Shown here: in pieces, positions 1 to 14,673 of the stretch
How the letters are laid out: every line of letters starts with the position of its first letter
How positions within the stretch are numbered: position 1 is the stretch's first letter
Program-made: the position numbers and the translations under genes
The notes under the pieces: generated by a model
What the model was told of the DNA's origin: nothing
The model's input: only the letters and a program-made list of their open reading frames with translations
The model's database searches: none
Assembly (NCBI RefSeq): GCF_009834535.1
Contig: NC_045696.1
Coordinates: forward strand, 53,446,001 to 53,510,000
DNA length: 64,000 nucleotides
Reading direction: 5' to 3'
Source: Camelus ferus
Taxonomy: Eukaryota

Positions 1-2095
1 CAGGTTTTTCCTTTCAGGAATTTGAATATATCATGCCACTTCCTTCTGACCAGCAAAGTTTCTGCAGAGAAATCAGCTGACAGCCTTATGGAGATTTATA
101 TAACTCTTTGTTTTTCTCCTGCTGCCTTTAGAATCCTCCCTTTACTTTTCTTTCACTTTTTTGCCATTTTTATTGTGGTATATCTTAATGCAGTTCTGTT
201 CAGGTTCCTCTTGTTTGAAACTCTCTGCTTCCTGTACCTGGATATCTGTTTCCTTCTTTACGTTTAGGAATTTATCAGTCATAATTTCTTCAAATACATT
301 TTCAATTCTCTTCTATCTCTCTTCTCCATCTGGAACTCCTATTATGTGTAGGCTGGCACATTTTATATTGGCCCATAGATCTTATATATTGCTTTCTTTA
401 TTTATATATTTGTCTTTCTATCTGCTGTTCTGATTGGGTGATTTCTATTATTTTGTCTTCCAGATTTCTTACTCATTCTTCTGGTATTTAGTCTGCTATT
501 CATTGCTTCTAGATTGCTTTTTATCTCAGTAATTGAATTATCAATTTTTGTTTGGGTCATCTTTATAGCTTCTGGTTCTTTGTTAAAATATTTTACATCT
601 ATATTGATAATTTTTGTTAATTCAGGTAGCATTTCTATTACCACCTTTTAAAATTTGTTTGCTGGTGGACTAATGATCTCTGTTTCATTGTTTTTTTCAG
701 GGGTTTTCTCTTGCCCTTTCAGTTGGGAGTAGTCCCTCTGCCTTTTTATTTTCATTAACTTTCTCTGTCTATGAATTTAGGAGAAAACATTATCCTCTGT
801 CGTTTTGATAGGGTGTTTTTAATGTGAGAGCATTCCTATATAGAGTGTATCTACCCAGTGTGTTTGGTACAAGGATTGGTTTTGATGGGAACACCAGTTA
901 TGTCTTTCCTGAGGATGTGCTGGCTGATATCACCTTGATAGGGGATGTAGTTAGTGTATAGGCTCTAAAGCCTGCACAGGATATGAGGCAGGACTTTCAC
1001 CCTGCTTTGTGACCTGTCACCATCCTGTCAGCTGTAGGGTCTGCTCCCTAGTTGCTGGAGCAGAAGCCCTGCGGGTGGGGCTCAAGATGGCTGTGTTCCC
1101 TTTAAGTGTGTGTTTTTCCTTCTCTCCATACTGTGGCCTTTGCCTCAAAGGAGGGAAGTGCTGAACTGAGACTTGTGCACTCAAAAGAGTTCCTGTGAGC
1201 TGCCTGTATAGGTGTCTGCAGCTCACCTCAGAAGCAACCCAAGGTCACATTCCCTTCCTCTGTTGTAATCATCCCAGATCTAGTGCAGTGCTGTGGTGTC
1301 GAATGGCTGGGGCAGGGGGCCACATTGTTGTGGCTACAGGTATTAAGGTGGCTCTTGTTTTGCCAGAGATCTGGGCTGCCTCTGTGGCAGACTTCCCCCA
1401 GGACCTGTCTGCCTCTGATCTAGGGCTAAGCTTCTATGTGGAATGGGCTGGGCTGGGGTGCATGGGAAACCTGGTGGTTCATGAGAGTGCTGATAGTGGC
1501 TGCCATCACTCCACCCAGATCTGTCTCTGCATAACTAGTTGAGTCTTTTCCTAGGGCCCTGTTGGCCCAGATCCTGAGCCTAGCTGTGGTATGGAATGTG
1601 TGGACCTGGGGCTTTCATCCCACTTAAATTTGGGAGCTTAGTGAAGTGCAGAACTCTCTCCACCGTTTGTTGGCAAGCCAGTATCCACGCATTCTTTGAG
1701 AGTGGAATCTAGGCTTCTCCAGCCTTTCTGCCTGTCCCAGAAGTTCTCTCAGAAGTCAAGGGGGTTTGTCCGTTTCACATAGGACTCCAGGACTGGGATG
1801 CCCATGCTGTGGCTCAACCCACTTGCTCAATAGTACAAAAGCCTTCCCATGAGGACCTTATGTTCCCTTCAGATCCCTCCCAGGGAGGTCCTAACCCTGT
1901 GCCTTTTTTCCATTGTACTTGGTTATGTGGAAATCTTTCTTGCAGCTTTGATTGCATAGGAGGTTTGTTTGTTTGTTTGTTTGCCAGTTTCTCGTTTGTT
2001 TTCCAGGAGAATTTTTCACATGTAGATGTATTTTTGATGTGTTTATAGGGGTAGGTGAGTTTCACATTCTCCTACTCCACCATCTTGATCCGACC
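1..2095 (-). mobile_element. LINE-1 5' portion (5' UTR plus degraded ORF1); runs off the left edge of the window
   Basis: Minus-strand ORF 402-644 (MLPELTKII...NSITEIKSNLEAMNSRL) resembles the L1 ORF1 coiled coil. The terminus reads GATCAAGATGGTGGAGTAGGAG on the minus strand, the same 5' end as the copies at ~22285 and 28741. Confidence 0.93.
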
Positions 2096-2589
2096 TCCCC
2101 AGAATTATTTATTCTACCTCAGCTCTGCTCAGTGCTAGCTTGTGATTGAGCAAGTCCTAGTCTCAGTTTAGTCAGACAGTTGTGCTTGTGTGTTTATGTG
2201 TATGTCTTTTTCTTTCTCAGAAAGATTGGAGAGGGGTCAGGAAGATAAGAAAACTTTTAATTGGTGCATTCAGCCAAGCAGTTCAGCAACAGAACATTAA
2301 TTTTTATTTTAATAATGTGATTTTAATTGAATACATTGCTGGTGCTGCACTAAATTGGGTCTGTTATTTAAAATTACATTAAGAAAGATCATCCCCCCTC
2401 TACAACTAATACCACCCACACTCCCAAATAACATATTATCCATTTGGGAACAGGCAGGATTTAAATTACTATTCCTTGAGGGATTCTTCAGCAAAATAGA
2501 GTAAGTATCAATAGAGTAGAAAGTTACTGTTTTAGAGTAAACAGAAATACAATAGAAATACACACTGTGGCAGTGATCTCTCACTGTCT

Positions 2590-2950
2590 ATTGAATTCCA
2601 TTATATTTTCTCCTTCAGTAATAGGATTGTAACTAGGAACCTCCCCTTGTAGCTAAGTGTATCTGTATGACTTTGTCTTGCCAATAGATATGAGCAAATG
2701 CTATGTGGGTCACTGTAAGACTAAGGCTATTATACAATGTGGTGCTTCTCCTCCATGATTGCATTTTTTATTTCTCTGGCTAGGTATTTATGATGACATG
2801 GCTCTATGGGATGGTGAAACTACAAGATAGAAGGAACTTGGTCCCTTAATGAATATTTGGAGTAGAATGTTTCTGCTCATATGAATACCTATCCAGGCAT
2901 GTCTAGTCTGTTAAACTATTGCTATTACAGTCTAACATGCCCTACCTATT
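2590..2950 (+). mobile_element. Old MaLR LTR fragment (MLT1-type)
   Basis: Motifs ttgccaatagatatgagcaaatg and gatggtgaaactacaagatagaaggaacttggtccct resemble ancient MLT1H/I/J LTRs. Subfamily not resolved. Confidence 0.6.
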
Positions 2951-3474
2951 ACACACCCATCTTTAGTTGGGTTATAGTTCTTAATAAGTGTAAAAAGCAG
3001 TAAATAACCATTGATGGGTTGTCTGTTTCTTCTGACATTTTCAGGAAGGGCCAGCTTTGTATAGAGAATGTGTATCAGCAGTCTAATATTCTGATAGTGA
3101 GTAGAAGTTCAAGATTTTGACAGTTAGAATCTTTTCATGCTCATAACCACTTTTTGAAAATGCCAAGTATTTTGACGAAAAGAAAGTGCTATATAAAATA
3201 TGTCACCTTCGGAAAGCTCTTTGACCTCTTCAGTTCCTTCCTCAATAGCACCACCTCACATGTAAAAAGAACATAATGCAGGTTCACAAATAGCAAATTA
3301 ATCAAAAAAATGAATGAGTAGGATGATAGATGGACAGACAGGTAAAAAGAGAAGTCTAGGATGTAGGTGAGGATGCAAGCTGTTTTCTCAACTTAGAAGT
3401 TTGAATGATGCAATAATGGTGCATCTTCCCATGGAACAGTAAGAAGAGTATAGAATTTAGTGTCAGACAGATGG

Positions 3475-3715
3475 ATAATGACATTTGTTGAAAAAGCACA
3501 ATGTGTCATGCACTGTACTACGTATCTCCACATACAGTCTTGTACTGTCATGTGCATGGTTTCATAAAAACCCTGCAGGGGAAAACTGTTATTCCCTTTT
3601 TATGGTGAGAAACGACTGAGGCTCAGTTTCACCGTCCCTGAATTGTATTCACAGTATGTGTCTGGGCTAGAATTAGAGTTCAGTATTTCTAAGTTAAGGG
3701 CTTGTGTTACCCAAA
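3475..3715 (-). mobile_element. MIR SINE
   Basis: Reverse MIR core: actgttattccctttt...gagaaacgactgaggctcag...ctagaattagagttcag. Confidence 0.75.
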
Positions 3716-4309
3716 TTTTATTATTTATGGGGACTTGATAGGCAATTAACATTAACTTAATAACATATATGTATTTACCTGTATTGTTAAAATTCAAAGT
3801 GATTATTGTCATCAATACACTAAATTTTACTATAATTTAGAAACATCAGGTCTCCTGTGTTTCATAAGAGTATTTTGGATTAGGCAATACTGCTTGGATT
3901 TCAAGAAAAGTAGAGAGAGCAGAGAATAGGAAGGAAAGTAAATCTGCACTCTAGACACCCTGGCCTTGCTGAGTTTCCACAGCTCAGTTGCTGCACTTGC
4001 CTCCAAGTCCTGTTCTCTTCCACTCTCACTCATGTTCTTGACTTTCTGTGTCCTTCAGCCTCATCTTTTTATCATGTTTGTCTGCTTTTTAATATTACTT
4101 TGTGTTCAAAAGTGAGGTAAAAATCAGCTATTACAACAAATTAAACCACATTAGTTGGATGATATTGTATTACTATTCAACGCAGTGTCTTTAGTGTATT
4201 TAGATGCAGTGTCTTAAGCCTAAGCATTATAATAAAGAAGATATTTCAGGTACTAATGAGGGTTTTAGGGAACATGTTTTGGGACTACAATGCTGGCTAT
4301 AGTTAATAA

Positions 4310-4540
4310 TAAGTGTAGCTATTATGTATTAAGCACCTAACATGCACCAGCCTTGTACTAAGTGTCTTATAGCATTGTCTCATTTAATGAAAGTAATAAA
4401 CATGAGGTGGTGCTAATGAGGAAGGAACTGGAGAGGTCAAGGAACTTTTCCAAGGTGACATATTTTATACACAGCAGTGGTGAATATTCAGTTCAGTCTG
4501 TGTCCCCAAACTGAGCTCTTAACCACCATGCTTTATTGTA
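4310..4540 (-). mobile_element. MIR SINE
   Basis: tattaagcacctaacatgcaccag...tctcatttaat...aacttttccaaggtgaca...ctcttaaccaccatgct. Confidence 0.75.
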
Positions 4541-5065
4541 TCTTCTGTGGGTAAACTATCTAAGGGTAATTTTCTAGGTGTTGGGATTAAAAATAGGCCT
4601 TCCAAATACTTTGAGCATAGAGAAACACTAGTTTGGGTGGGAAAGGGAGGGGAGGACTTGGCCATAGAATCTTAAATCCAACAAATGAACCTTAAATAGC
4701 AATAATATATTGGTGCTAAAGTGTCTGCATCCTAAGAACTTCTGTGAAATTCAATAAGATGTCCAAGGGGACAACAGTAAGAAATGTGTGGATTCATTAA
4801 TGAAATTTAAAGACATACCAAATCTTCAAGATGTAGCTGCCAAAATGTAGGAGCAATACTGTGGTCTGAGGGAGTGGGACCTTGTGGTTACTTATTAAAC
4901 ATAAACAGAAACATTGCCTACTAAAGGAACAAAAATGCCCACTGGAGTTGGGATGCAAGGTCAATGAACTGTATTTTTTAGGCTTCTACATGTGCAGACT
5001 ATTTGCAGCAGGGAATACATGGGTGAACCTTTGAAAGTAAAAACAAACCAAACACCCTGCACATT

Positions 5066-8000
5066 ATTTTTTTTCTAATTGAAGGGTAGTTGGTGTGCAA
5101 TATTATGTTTCAGGTATACAACAAAGTGACTCTCAATTTGTAAAGGTTATATTTAATTATTATAAAATATTGGATATATTCCCTGTGTTGTACAATGTAT
5201 CCTTGAATCTTATTTATTTTATGCATAGTAGTTTATACCTCTTAATCCCCTACGCTATCCTGCTCCTCCCCTCTTTCCTCTCCCCACTGCTAACCACTAG
5301 TTTGTTCTCTCAATCTTAGAGTCTGTTTCTTTATTCACCAGTTAGATTTTTTTTTTTGATTCCACATATAAGTGGTATCATACAGTATTTGTCTTTCTCT
5401 GTCTGACTTAATATTTACTTAGCATAGTACACTCCAAGTCCATCCATGTTGTTGCAAATGGCAATTTTTTAATGGCTGAGTAGTATGCTATTGTGTATGT
5501 ATATTACAACTTCTTTATCCATTTATCTGTCGATGGACACTTAGGTTGCTTCCATATCTTGGCAATTGTAAATAATGCTACTATGAACATTGGGGTGCAT
5601 GTATCTTTTCAAAATATTGTTTTCTTTTTGGGGGTGGGTATAAATACCCAGGAGTGGAATTGCTGGGTCATATGATAGTTCTATTTTTAGTTTTTTGGGA
5701 GAAATTTCCATACTGTTTTCCATAGTGGCTATACCAGTTTGCATTTTCATCAGCAGTGAAAAAGGGTTCCCTGTTCTCCAGGGTGCTCTTTTTGATGATA
5801 GCCATTCTGACAAAGGTGAAGTCTTATTTCATTGTGGTATTAATTAGCCTTTCTCCCACATTTAACCACATTGAGCATCTTTTTCATGTGCTTATTGGCC
5901 ATCTTTATGTCTTGGAAAAGTTTCTATTCAGGTCTTCTGCCCATTTATTATTCAGATTGTTTTTCTTTTTAATGTTGAATTGTACATGCTGTTTGTATAT
6001 TTTGCATATTAACCCGTTATCAGTCACATCATTCACAAAAATTTCCTCCTATAGAGTATGTCTTTAGTTTTGTTGATGGTTTGCTGTGCAAAAGCTCTTG
6101 CGTTTAATTAGGCCCCATTTGTTTATTTTGGTTTTTTTTCTGCCTTAGGAGATAGGCCCCTCCAAAATATTGTTACAATTAATGTCAAAGAGTGTTCTGC
6201 CTATGTTTTCTTCTATTTATGGTTTCTGTTATTACATTTAGGTCCTTAAATTATTTTGAGTTTCTTTTTATATGTATTGTTAGAGAATGTTTGAGTTTTC
6301 TTTCTTTTATATGTAGCTGTCCAGTTTTCCCAGCACCACTTAATGAAGAGACTGTGTTTACTCCACTCTATATTCTTACTTCCTTTTTTTTAGATTAGTT
6401 GACAATAAGGGTGTAGGTTTATTTCTGGGTTCTCTAGTCTATTCTACTGATCTATGTGTCTGTTTTTGTGCTAATACCACACTGTTTTGATTCCTATAGC
6501 ATCTGTCTGAAATCAGGTAGCATGATTTCTTCAGCTCTGTTCTTCTTTCTCAAGATTGTCTTGGCTATTTGGGGTCTTTTGTGATTCCATACAAATTTTT
6601 AAATTATTTGTTTAAGTTCTGTGAACAGTGTCCTTGGTATTTTAATAGGGATTGCATTGAATCTGTAGATTCCCTTGGTAGTGTGGTCATTTTAACATAT
6701 TAATGTATCTTTCTATCTATTTGTGTCATCTTTAATTTCTCTCATCAGTGTCTTAAAGTTTTTCAAGCACAGGTCTTTTACTTTGCTAAATAGGTTTATT
6801 CATACATACTTTATAATACTTTTTGATGGGATGGTAAATGGGGTTGTTTCATAATTTCTCTTTCTCATAATTTGTTAGTGTATAGAAATGCCACAGATTT
6901 CTGTAGGTTAATTTTGTGTCTTGCAAGTTCATCTAATTCACTGATGAGCTACAGGAGTTTTTTGGTGGTGCCTTTAGGATTTTCTAAATATAGTACCAAA
7001 TCATCTGCAAACATTGACAGTTTTACTTCTTTCTTTCCAATTTGAATGCTTTTTATTTCTTTTGTCTAATTTCTGTGGTTAGGACTTCCAATACTATGTT
7101 GAATGAAAGTGGTGAGAATGGCCATCCTTGTCTTTTTCCCTATCATAGAGGAAATACTTTGTTTTTCACCACTATGATGTTAGCTGTAGGCCTGTCATAT
7201 GTGGCCTTTATTATGTTGAGTCATGTTTCCTCTATGCCCACTTTCTGGAGAGTTTTTATCATAAATGGATGTTGAATTTGTCAGAAGCTTTTTCTGCATC
7301 TATTAAGATGATAATAAGATTTTTATTTTTCAACTTATCAATGTGGTATAGCATGTTGATTTGCAGATATTGAAAAACTCTTGCATCACTGGGATAAATT
7401 TCACTTGATCATAGTGTGTGATCATTTTGATGTTTTGCTGGATTCAGTTTGCTTATATTTTGTTGAGGATTTTTGCATCTATTTTTATCAGTGGTATCTG
7501 CCAGCAATTTTCTTTTTTTGTGATATCTTTGTCTGGTTTTGGTATCAGGCTGATGCTGGCCTTGTAAAATGAATTCAGAAGCATTCTTTCCTCTGACAAT
7601 TTTTGGAATAGTTTAAGAGGGATAGGTGTTAACTCTTCTCTAAATGTTTGGTAGAATTTACCTATGAAGCCATCTGGTCCTTTCATTTGTTGGGAGTTTT
7701 TGAATTACTGGTTCAATTTTAGTAGTGATAATTGGTCTGTTCATATTTTCTGTTTTTTCCTTGTTCAGTCTTGAGAGATTGTACCTTTCTGAGAATTTGT
7801 CCATTTCTTCTAGGTTGTCCATTTTATTACTATATAGTTGCTCATAGTGGTCTCTTATCCTTTGTATTTCTATGGTGTTGGTTTTAACTTCTCCTTTTTC
7901 ATTTCTGATTTTATTGATTTGAGCCCTCTCCCTTCTTTTCTTGATGATTCTGGCTGAATGTTTATCAATTTTGTTTATCTTTTCGAAGAGCCAGCTTTTA

Positions 8001-11000
8001 GTTTAATTGACCTTTTCTACTTTTTTGTTTCTATTTCATTTTTTTTCCCTGCTCTGATCTTTGTTCTTTCCTTCTGCTAATTTTGAGTTTTGTTCTTCTT
8101 TCTCTAGTTCATTAAGGCATAAGGTCATGTTGTTTATTTTAGACTTTTCTAATTTCCTGAGGTAAGTTTGTATCACTATAAATGTCTCTGTTAGAACTTC
8201 TTTTGCTGCATCCCATAGGTTTTGGATCATTGTGTTTTCATTTTAATTTGTCTCCAGGTATTTTGATTTCTTCACAGGTTCATTGGTTTTTAGCAGCATA
8301 TTGTTTAGCCTCCACGTGTTTGTATTGTTTACCGTTTTTTTCTTGTAGTTTATTTCTAGTCTAATAGCATTGTGGTTGGAAAAGATGCTTGATATGATTT
8401 CAGTTCTCTTAAATTTACCAACATTTGTCTTGTGGCTTACCATGTGATCTATCCTGGTGTCCATGTGCACTTGAAAAGAATATGTATTCTGCTGCTTCTG
8501 AATGAACTGTCCTATATGTATTTACTAAGTCCATTTGGTCTAATGTGTCATTTAAGGCCAGTGTTTCATTATTAGTTCTCTGTCTGGATGATCTGTTCAC
8601 TGATGTAAGTGGGGTGTTAAATTCCCCTTTTATTGTTTTACTGTTGATTTCCCCCTGTATTTCTGTTAATATTTGCTTTTTGCATTCAGCTGCTCCTATG
8701 TTGGGTACATATAGATTTAGAATTATTTTATTTTCTTCCTGGATTGATCCCTTGTTCATCATGTAATGTCTTTTTTTTTTTTTTGTCAGTTATAACAGTC
8801 TTTATTTTAATGTCTATTTTGTGTGATATGAGTATTGCTACCCTGGCTTTCCTTTGATTTCCATTTGCATGGAATACCTTTTTGTGCCTCTTCATTTTCA
8901 GTCTGTGTGTGTCTTTAGATCTGAAGTGAGTTTCTTGTAGGCAGCATGCATGTGGGTCTTATTTTTGTATCCATTCATTTACTGTAAGTCTTTTGATTAG
9001 AGCATTTCATTTATTTACATTTACAGTAATTGCTGATATGAATGTTCTTATTGCCATTTTGTTAATTGTTTTGGGGTTGTTTTTGTAGATCTTTCCCCCC
9101 TTTCTTTTATTCTTTTCTCTATTGATTTGATGCTGTGTTTGGATTCCTTTGTGTGTGGTATATATCTGTTATAGATTAATGGTTTATGCTTACAGTGAGG
9201 AGTGTTTGTGTGTTACTGTTTTAAGTTGATTTCTTAATTTCAAATGCATTTTAACAGCCCTGCATTTATACTCTCCTCTTCTCATGATTATTGTTTTTGA
9301 TATTTTATTTTACATCAAAATGTTTTGTGTATGCCTTAACTACTTATTGTGGATATACTTGATTTTACTATTTTTGTCTTTTAACCTTCCTACCAGCTTT
9401 GTGAATGGATGTTTTCCTACCTTATTATATGTTTGCCTTTACCAATGACCTTTTTCCTTTCATTATTTTCTTATCTCTCCTTGTATCCTCTTCTTTTTTG
9501 CTTAGAGAAGTTCCTTTAACATTTCTTGTAAAGGTGGTTTAGTGGTGCTGAACTCTTTTAGCTTTTGTGTCTCTCTGAAGCTTTTGATCTCACCATCAAA
9601 TCTGAATGAGAGCCTTGCTGGGTAGAGTATTGTAGATTGTAGATTTTTCAGTTTTATCATTTTAAATATGTGGTGCTACTCCCTTCTGGCCTGCAAAATT
9701 TCTGCTAAAAAGGTAGCTGATTTTCTTCTGGGAGTTTCCTTGTAGGTATCATGTTGCTTTTCCATTGTTGCTTTTAATATTCTCTCTTTATCTTTAATTT
9801 TTGTCATCTTAATTACCATGTGTCTTGGTGTGTTCCTCTTTGGATTGATCCTGTTTGGATCTATCTCTCTGTGCTTCCTGAACTTGGATGTTTGTTTCTT
9901 TTCCCACGTTAGGGAAGTTTTCAGCTAATATGTCTTCAGTTATGTTCTCTGCCCCTTTATCTCTCTCCTCCTTTTGGGGCCCTGATAATGTTAATGTTAG
10001 TGTGCTTGATGTTGTCCCAGAGGTCTCTTAAAGTGTCCTCTTTACTTTTCATTATTTTTTGTTGTTGTTCATCATTAGTGATTTCTGCTACTCTGTCTTC
10101 CAGCTCACTGATCCATTCTTTTGTATCATTTAGTGTAGTGTTGATTCCTTCTAGTATATTTTTCATTTAGTTATAGTATTCTTTATCTCTGTTTGGTTGT
10201 TCTTTATATTTTATAACTTTATTACAAAAAGTTAAAAGCTTCTAACTTCTCTCTTTGTGTATCCTTCTCCTGATTTATTTGGTCATCTTTATGATCATTA
10301 CCCTGAACTCTTTCTCAGGTAGATTGACTCTCCACTTCACTTCATTCTTCTTCTGTGGTTTTATCTTGTTCCTTCAATTGAAACATGTTTGTTTTACATT
10401 TCACTTTGCTGAACTTCCTGTTTTTACTTTTATATATCTGGTGGATTGGTTATGCTTACCGATCTTGAGGAAATGGTCTTTTTTAAGAGACAACCTATGT
10501 GTCCCAGAAGTGCACTCCTCTATCTTCACTAGAGCTATATACAGTAGGAGTTCCACCTATGAGGGCTATGTGGGTCTTTCTGTTGTGATGGGCTGACTAT
10601 ATGTGTAGTCTGGTAGGCTTGGGTGGCCCCAGTCTATTTGGTTGCCAGGTCCTGCCTTGTATGAAGTTTGTCAGCCACTGGTTGGTGGGACTGGGTAACA
10701 AGGTGGCTGACTGTGGAACTCTGAGGCTAGTTCAGGATTACTAGTAGGTAGAGTCTGTGTCCAGGAGACCCCAGGCCTGTTGCCTTCCCACTGGTGGAGT
10801 GAAAGCAGGTCTACAGGCTATTGCTAGCCTAGAGCAGGCAGAGTTGTGTCCTGGGGTCTGGTTGCAGGCTCAAGTGTCCCAGAGCAGATCTCAGAGCAGT
10901 AGTGAGTGAGGTTGGTTCCTGACAGTTTACTGTTGGGCCCCGGGTGTCCTGAAGCTTGTATTGGCCTGTTAGTGGGTAGATCCTGAGCCTAGCATGTGCC

Positions 11001-12045
11001 AGGGCAAAGTCTGGCTTGCTGGTGGGTCAGGCTGGATCTGTAGAATTCAAGACTACAGTTTTCTTGTTGTTGGCCCGCTGGTAGGTGGAGCTGGGCCCAA
11101 AGCTAGAGCAGACTCACTGGTGGATGGGGCTGGAGTTCTGTGGATTCTGGGGCTGGTACATGCCCAGTGGCAGATAGAGTTGGGTCCTGTGGTCTCTGGC
11201 TGTATCATGTCTAGTGCCTGTGCACTGACACGTGGGGCTGGGTCCTGGATGCTCTGGTGAGCAAGGCCATTTCCAGAGGTGGCTGTGGGCTCAGGGGTCT
11301 TAAAACAGCCTGTCTGCTGGTTGTTTGGGCTGTGTTCATGCCCAGTTAGTTGCTTGGCCTGAGGCTTCCCTGCCCTAGCCCCAGGATGGGGCTGGGCTCT
11401 GGAATTAATAAGCTAGAGGGAGGATTCCAAAATGGTGCTTGCCAGCACCAGTGTCCATGTGGTAGAACGAGCTCCACAAAATGGCTTCCACCAGTATCTG
11501 TGTCCCCAGGATGAGCTGGGGTTGTCTCCTGCCTCTCGGGGAGATGCTAAGATCAGCAGGTAGGTCTAACCTAGGTACCTATCAAATTACTGCCACTGCC
11601 CTGGGTTACAGAGGATGTAAGGTTTTGTGTGCAGCCTTTAAGAGTGAAGTCTCTATTTCCCTCAACCATCTAGGACTCCCAAAAGTAAGTCCCGCTGGCC
11701 TTCAAAGCCAAATGCTCTGAAAGCTTGTTTTGTAGGTCAGGACCCCTGGGCTGGGAATAATAATGCCGGGGCTCAGACCTCTCACCCCTGTGGGAGAGCC
11801 TCTGCAGTTTCAGTTATTCTCCTGTTTGTGACTCACCCACCTAGGGGTATGGGATTTGAGTATATCACAATACCCCTCCTCTTACCCATCTCATTGTGGT
11901 TCCTTCTTTATATCTTAATTTGTAGGAGATCTTTTCTCATAGGATTTGGTCTTTTTTATTGATGGGTGTTCTGGAAATAATTATGATTTTGGTGTGCCTG
12001 TGAGAGGAGGTAAGTTCAGGGTCTTTCTACTCCACGATATTGTGC
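5066..12045 (-). mobile_element. Near full-length degraded LINE-1 (3' UTR, ORF2, ORF1, GC-rich 5' UTR)
   Basis: T-run at ~5067. Minus-strand ORF pieces match ORF2: [11 protein letters not shown] (5541-5813), [13 protein letters not shown]...IDAKILNKI (7453-7686) and endonuclease LNLYVPNIGA...GEFNTPLT (8415-8762). ORF1 piece LRDLWDNIKHTNI (9957-10166). 5' UTR spans ~10500-12045. Confidence 0.96.
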
Positions 12046-12634
12046 AGTAATCCAGGAATAAATATTTTTGATAGTGTGCTGTGTGTCTATAAAAAAGACC
12101 TCAAGTTTGCCCATAGAAACAGGCATTGGAAGTGTTGCAGCTCCATGTTCTTTTGGAGTCCACCCTGTACATTTTTGTTTGATTTGCATAACAGGTGTTG
12201 GTGTCTTTTGGGCTCTCAGCATATGTACAGAATGGAAATACAGTACTTAGATTAAAATAGAAAGTAAAAGCAGTCCTTGAAAGGATGGGACAAAGGACTA
12301 TAAACCTCTGGGCTAGAAATGACAAATCAAAAATAAAACTTCGTATTTTTAAGACTGTTTTGATGGATAATAATACAGTTTTTGACTATAGTAGAAAGCA
12401 AACACTATTTAAGAACTATCAGTAATAGCAATGTCTTTTTATTATTGGTTCAGTTTCATATTATGACATTTTCCCTCTTACCTGCAAAGGTGGCTAATAT
12501 TTAAGATATAAGCATATTAAATTTGCACAGTGGTTCTTATGATTCTCCATTTTATGATTCTTCTTTCCATGAAAAAAATTTATTCTCATTATTTCTATAG
12601 GACCTAGAGTTCAAGTATAAAGTAATTTCAATAC

Positions 12635-12672
12635 TGTGTGTGTGTGTATATATATACATATACATACATATA
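12635..12672. repeat. Compound (TG)n/(TA)n microsatellite
   Basis: tgtgtgtgtgtgtatatatatacatatacatacatata is visible directly. Confidence 0.85.
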
Positions 12673-14314
12673 TGGTTGTGGGATGCTGGACAGTCATACC
12701 ACTAGAGATAATTAAGGGCAGGTTCAGCACAGAGAACCAGGTTAGTATTAGGAGCTGGTAACCTGAGCCAAGAATAACCTAATGATTAATTGGAAAATAT
12801 CAATCATCTCTGTTTTGCAAGTGAACAAAGACATAGGGGCTATTCAGATAGGACACTAAAACATGATAGAAAGATAATAAACTAATAATTATAAATATAC
12901 AGTGATTCCTCCCACACAATTGTAAGCACCTTGAGGGCAGGCATGCCATGTTACTTATGTATGTGACTGAGCATCTGCTTCATAGGAGTCAAATTCTTGC
13001 ACTGGATAGGAACTTGATAATGGGAGTGGGAGTGGTAATATAGGATGATGATGTGAGGCTGACTTACCCCCAGGGAAGGAAATTTGATCCATCATGAAGG
13101 AAACAGAACTATTACAGATGAAATAGAAATAAATACCCCTGGCTAACCCATAGAGTAGAACTAGTCCCTCCAGCAGGTCAGGTAAATTAAATAGGAAAAA
13201 GGGCAATGAGCCAGGGCTTCTAAGTATAGAGAACCAAAGGAGAGCTGATAGTTTGGTGTTAAGAAAATAAAGATCAGTAAGGTCAAGGCCAGGCAAAACT
13301 CATGCACTTCCACCTAACCTAGAGTGAAAGAGATAACCCTGGAGTCCCTGCCTATAGATGAAAATGTAATCTAGGTTATGAGTGAGGCTGAAGAGCAAAA
13401 TCCTTCTTGTTAAACCGAATTAACCTTGTGGTAGCTGTTTGAGGGTCTCAGTCAACTGTGTAATCTTCTACCTTAAGTTCTTGTATAGTTGAGATAAGGG
13501 AAAAAACAACTTTCTCAACCAGGCCAAGTCTATTTTTAGCTAATCATTCAGATCTGAAATCTTTGTTCTTTATATCTACTCATTGCCATTATATATTGTT
13601 TTCATTTAAACTTACTTTTCTATTCAGGTAAAGCCTAGTCATATTTTAGTTAAATGCTAAGAAACTATTTTCCCACACACTATTTAGGATCTATAGTGGG
13701 ATCAATGGGCCCGTAAAAGTCAGATATGGTAGTATCCATGGGAAGGAAGGGACATTTAACCTGGGCAGAGTACAAAGAATCAAGGAAGGGAGATGTCTGA
13801 ACATTTCTAAAACTTAACTGAAAACAACTAGAAGGCACTCAAAAGAAGGGTGACAAGTCACTGGGAAGGAAAACACTGTTGAGAGCAAGGCACCAGGAAA
13901 AAGAAGCAACCCCCATTTTTCTGCAGTTGGTATCTAAGCATCATAGACTGTCACTTTCTCTTTATATTATACATTAAAATGTGCTTCAGATGAACTGATT
14001 GTGTTTAAGAAGATGCATTCAAGAAGGATAAAACTCCAAAGAGGAGAGATTTATTAGGACTGTAAAATTTGTAATTAGTAGAACAACTTAAGCTAGATTT
14101 GTGCAGTCTTTATTGAAGAACTAATGCATGGCACACAACCAGTGTTGATTGATAGAAGTCTAACACTTCTGTAAACAAACACAGATCTATATACTTTCAA
14201 TCATCACTTATTTAAATTAATGATCAAATCACCACCATCATAATATGCAGTAGATAATAGATATTAACTAAACACAAGTATAGAAAACAAGTACTTCTTT
14301 ATCTTACTCAACAC

Positions 14315-14673
14315 TGTTATGGACTGAATGTTTGTGTCTCCCCACCCCCAAATTCATATGTTGAAACCTAACCTCTAATGTGAAGGTATTAGGAAGTAGG
14401 GCCTTTGGGAGGTAATTAGGTCATAAGGGTCATGAGCCCTCATGAATGGGCTTAGTGCCTTCATCAAAGGGGCTCCACACCGCTCACCTTTTTGCCATGT
14501 GAGAATACAATGAGAAGGTGGCAGTATGCAACCCAGAAGAGGGTTCTCTGGCTCTCACCAGAACCCAACCATTCTAGCACCCTAATCTAGCACTGTGGTC
14601 TCCAGAACTGTGAGAAATACATTTCTGCGGTTTATAAACCACTCAGTGTATAATAGCAGCCTGAACTAAGACA
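14315..14673 (+). mobile_element. Solo MaLR LTR (MLT1A-like)
   Basis: Begins TGTTATGGACTGAATGTTTGTGTC, contains ggcctttgggaggtaattaggtcat and ccagaactgtgagaaatacatttctg, and ends gcagcctgaactaagACA. About 360 bp with TG...CA termini. Confidence 0.9.

Noticed and set aside
4181..4220. Short direct repeat gcagtgtctt x2
   Set aside because: Only two copies with one short spacer. Consistent with a local slippage duplication, not an array.
5040..12070. Possible TSD around the L1 at 5066-12045
   Set aside because: The flanks share only an AT-rich tattttt, too weak to call.
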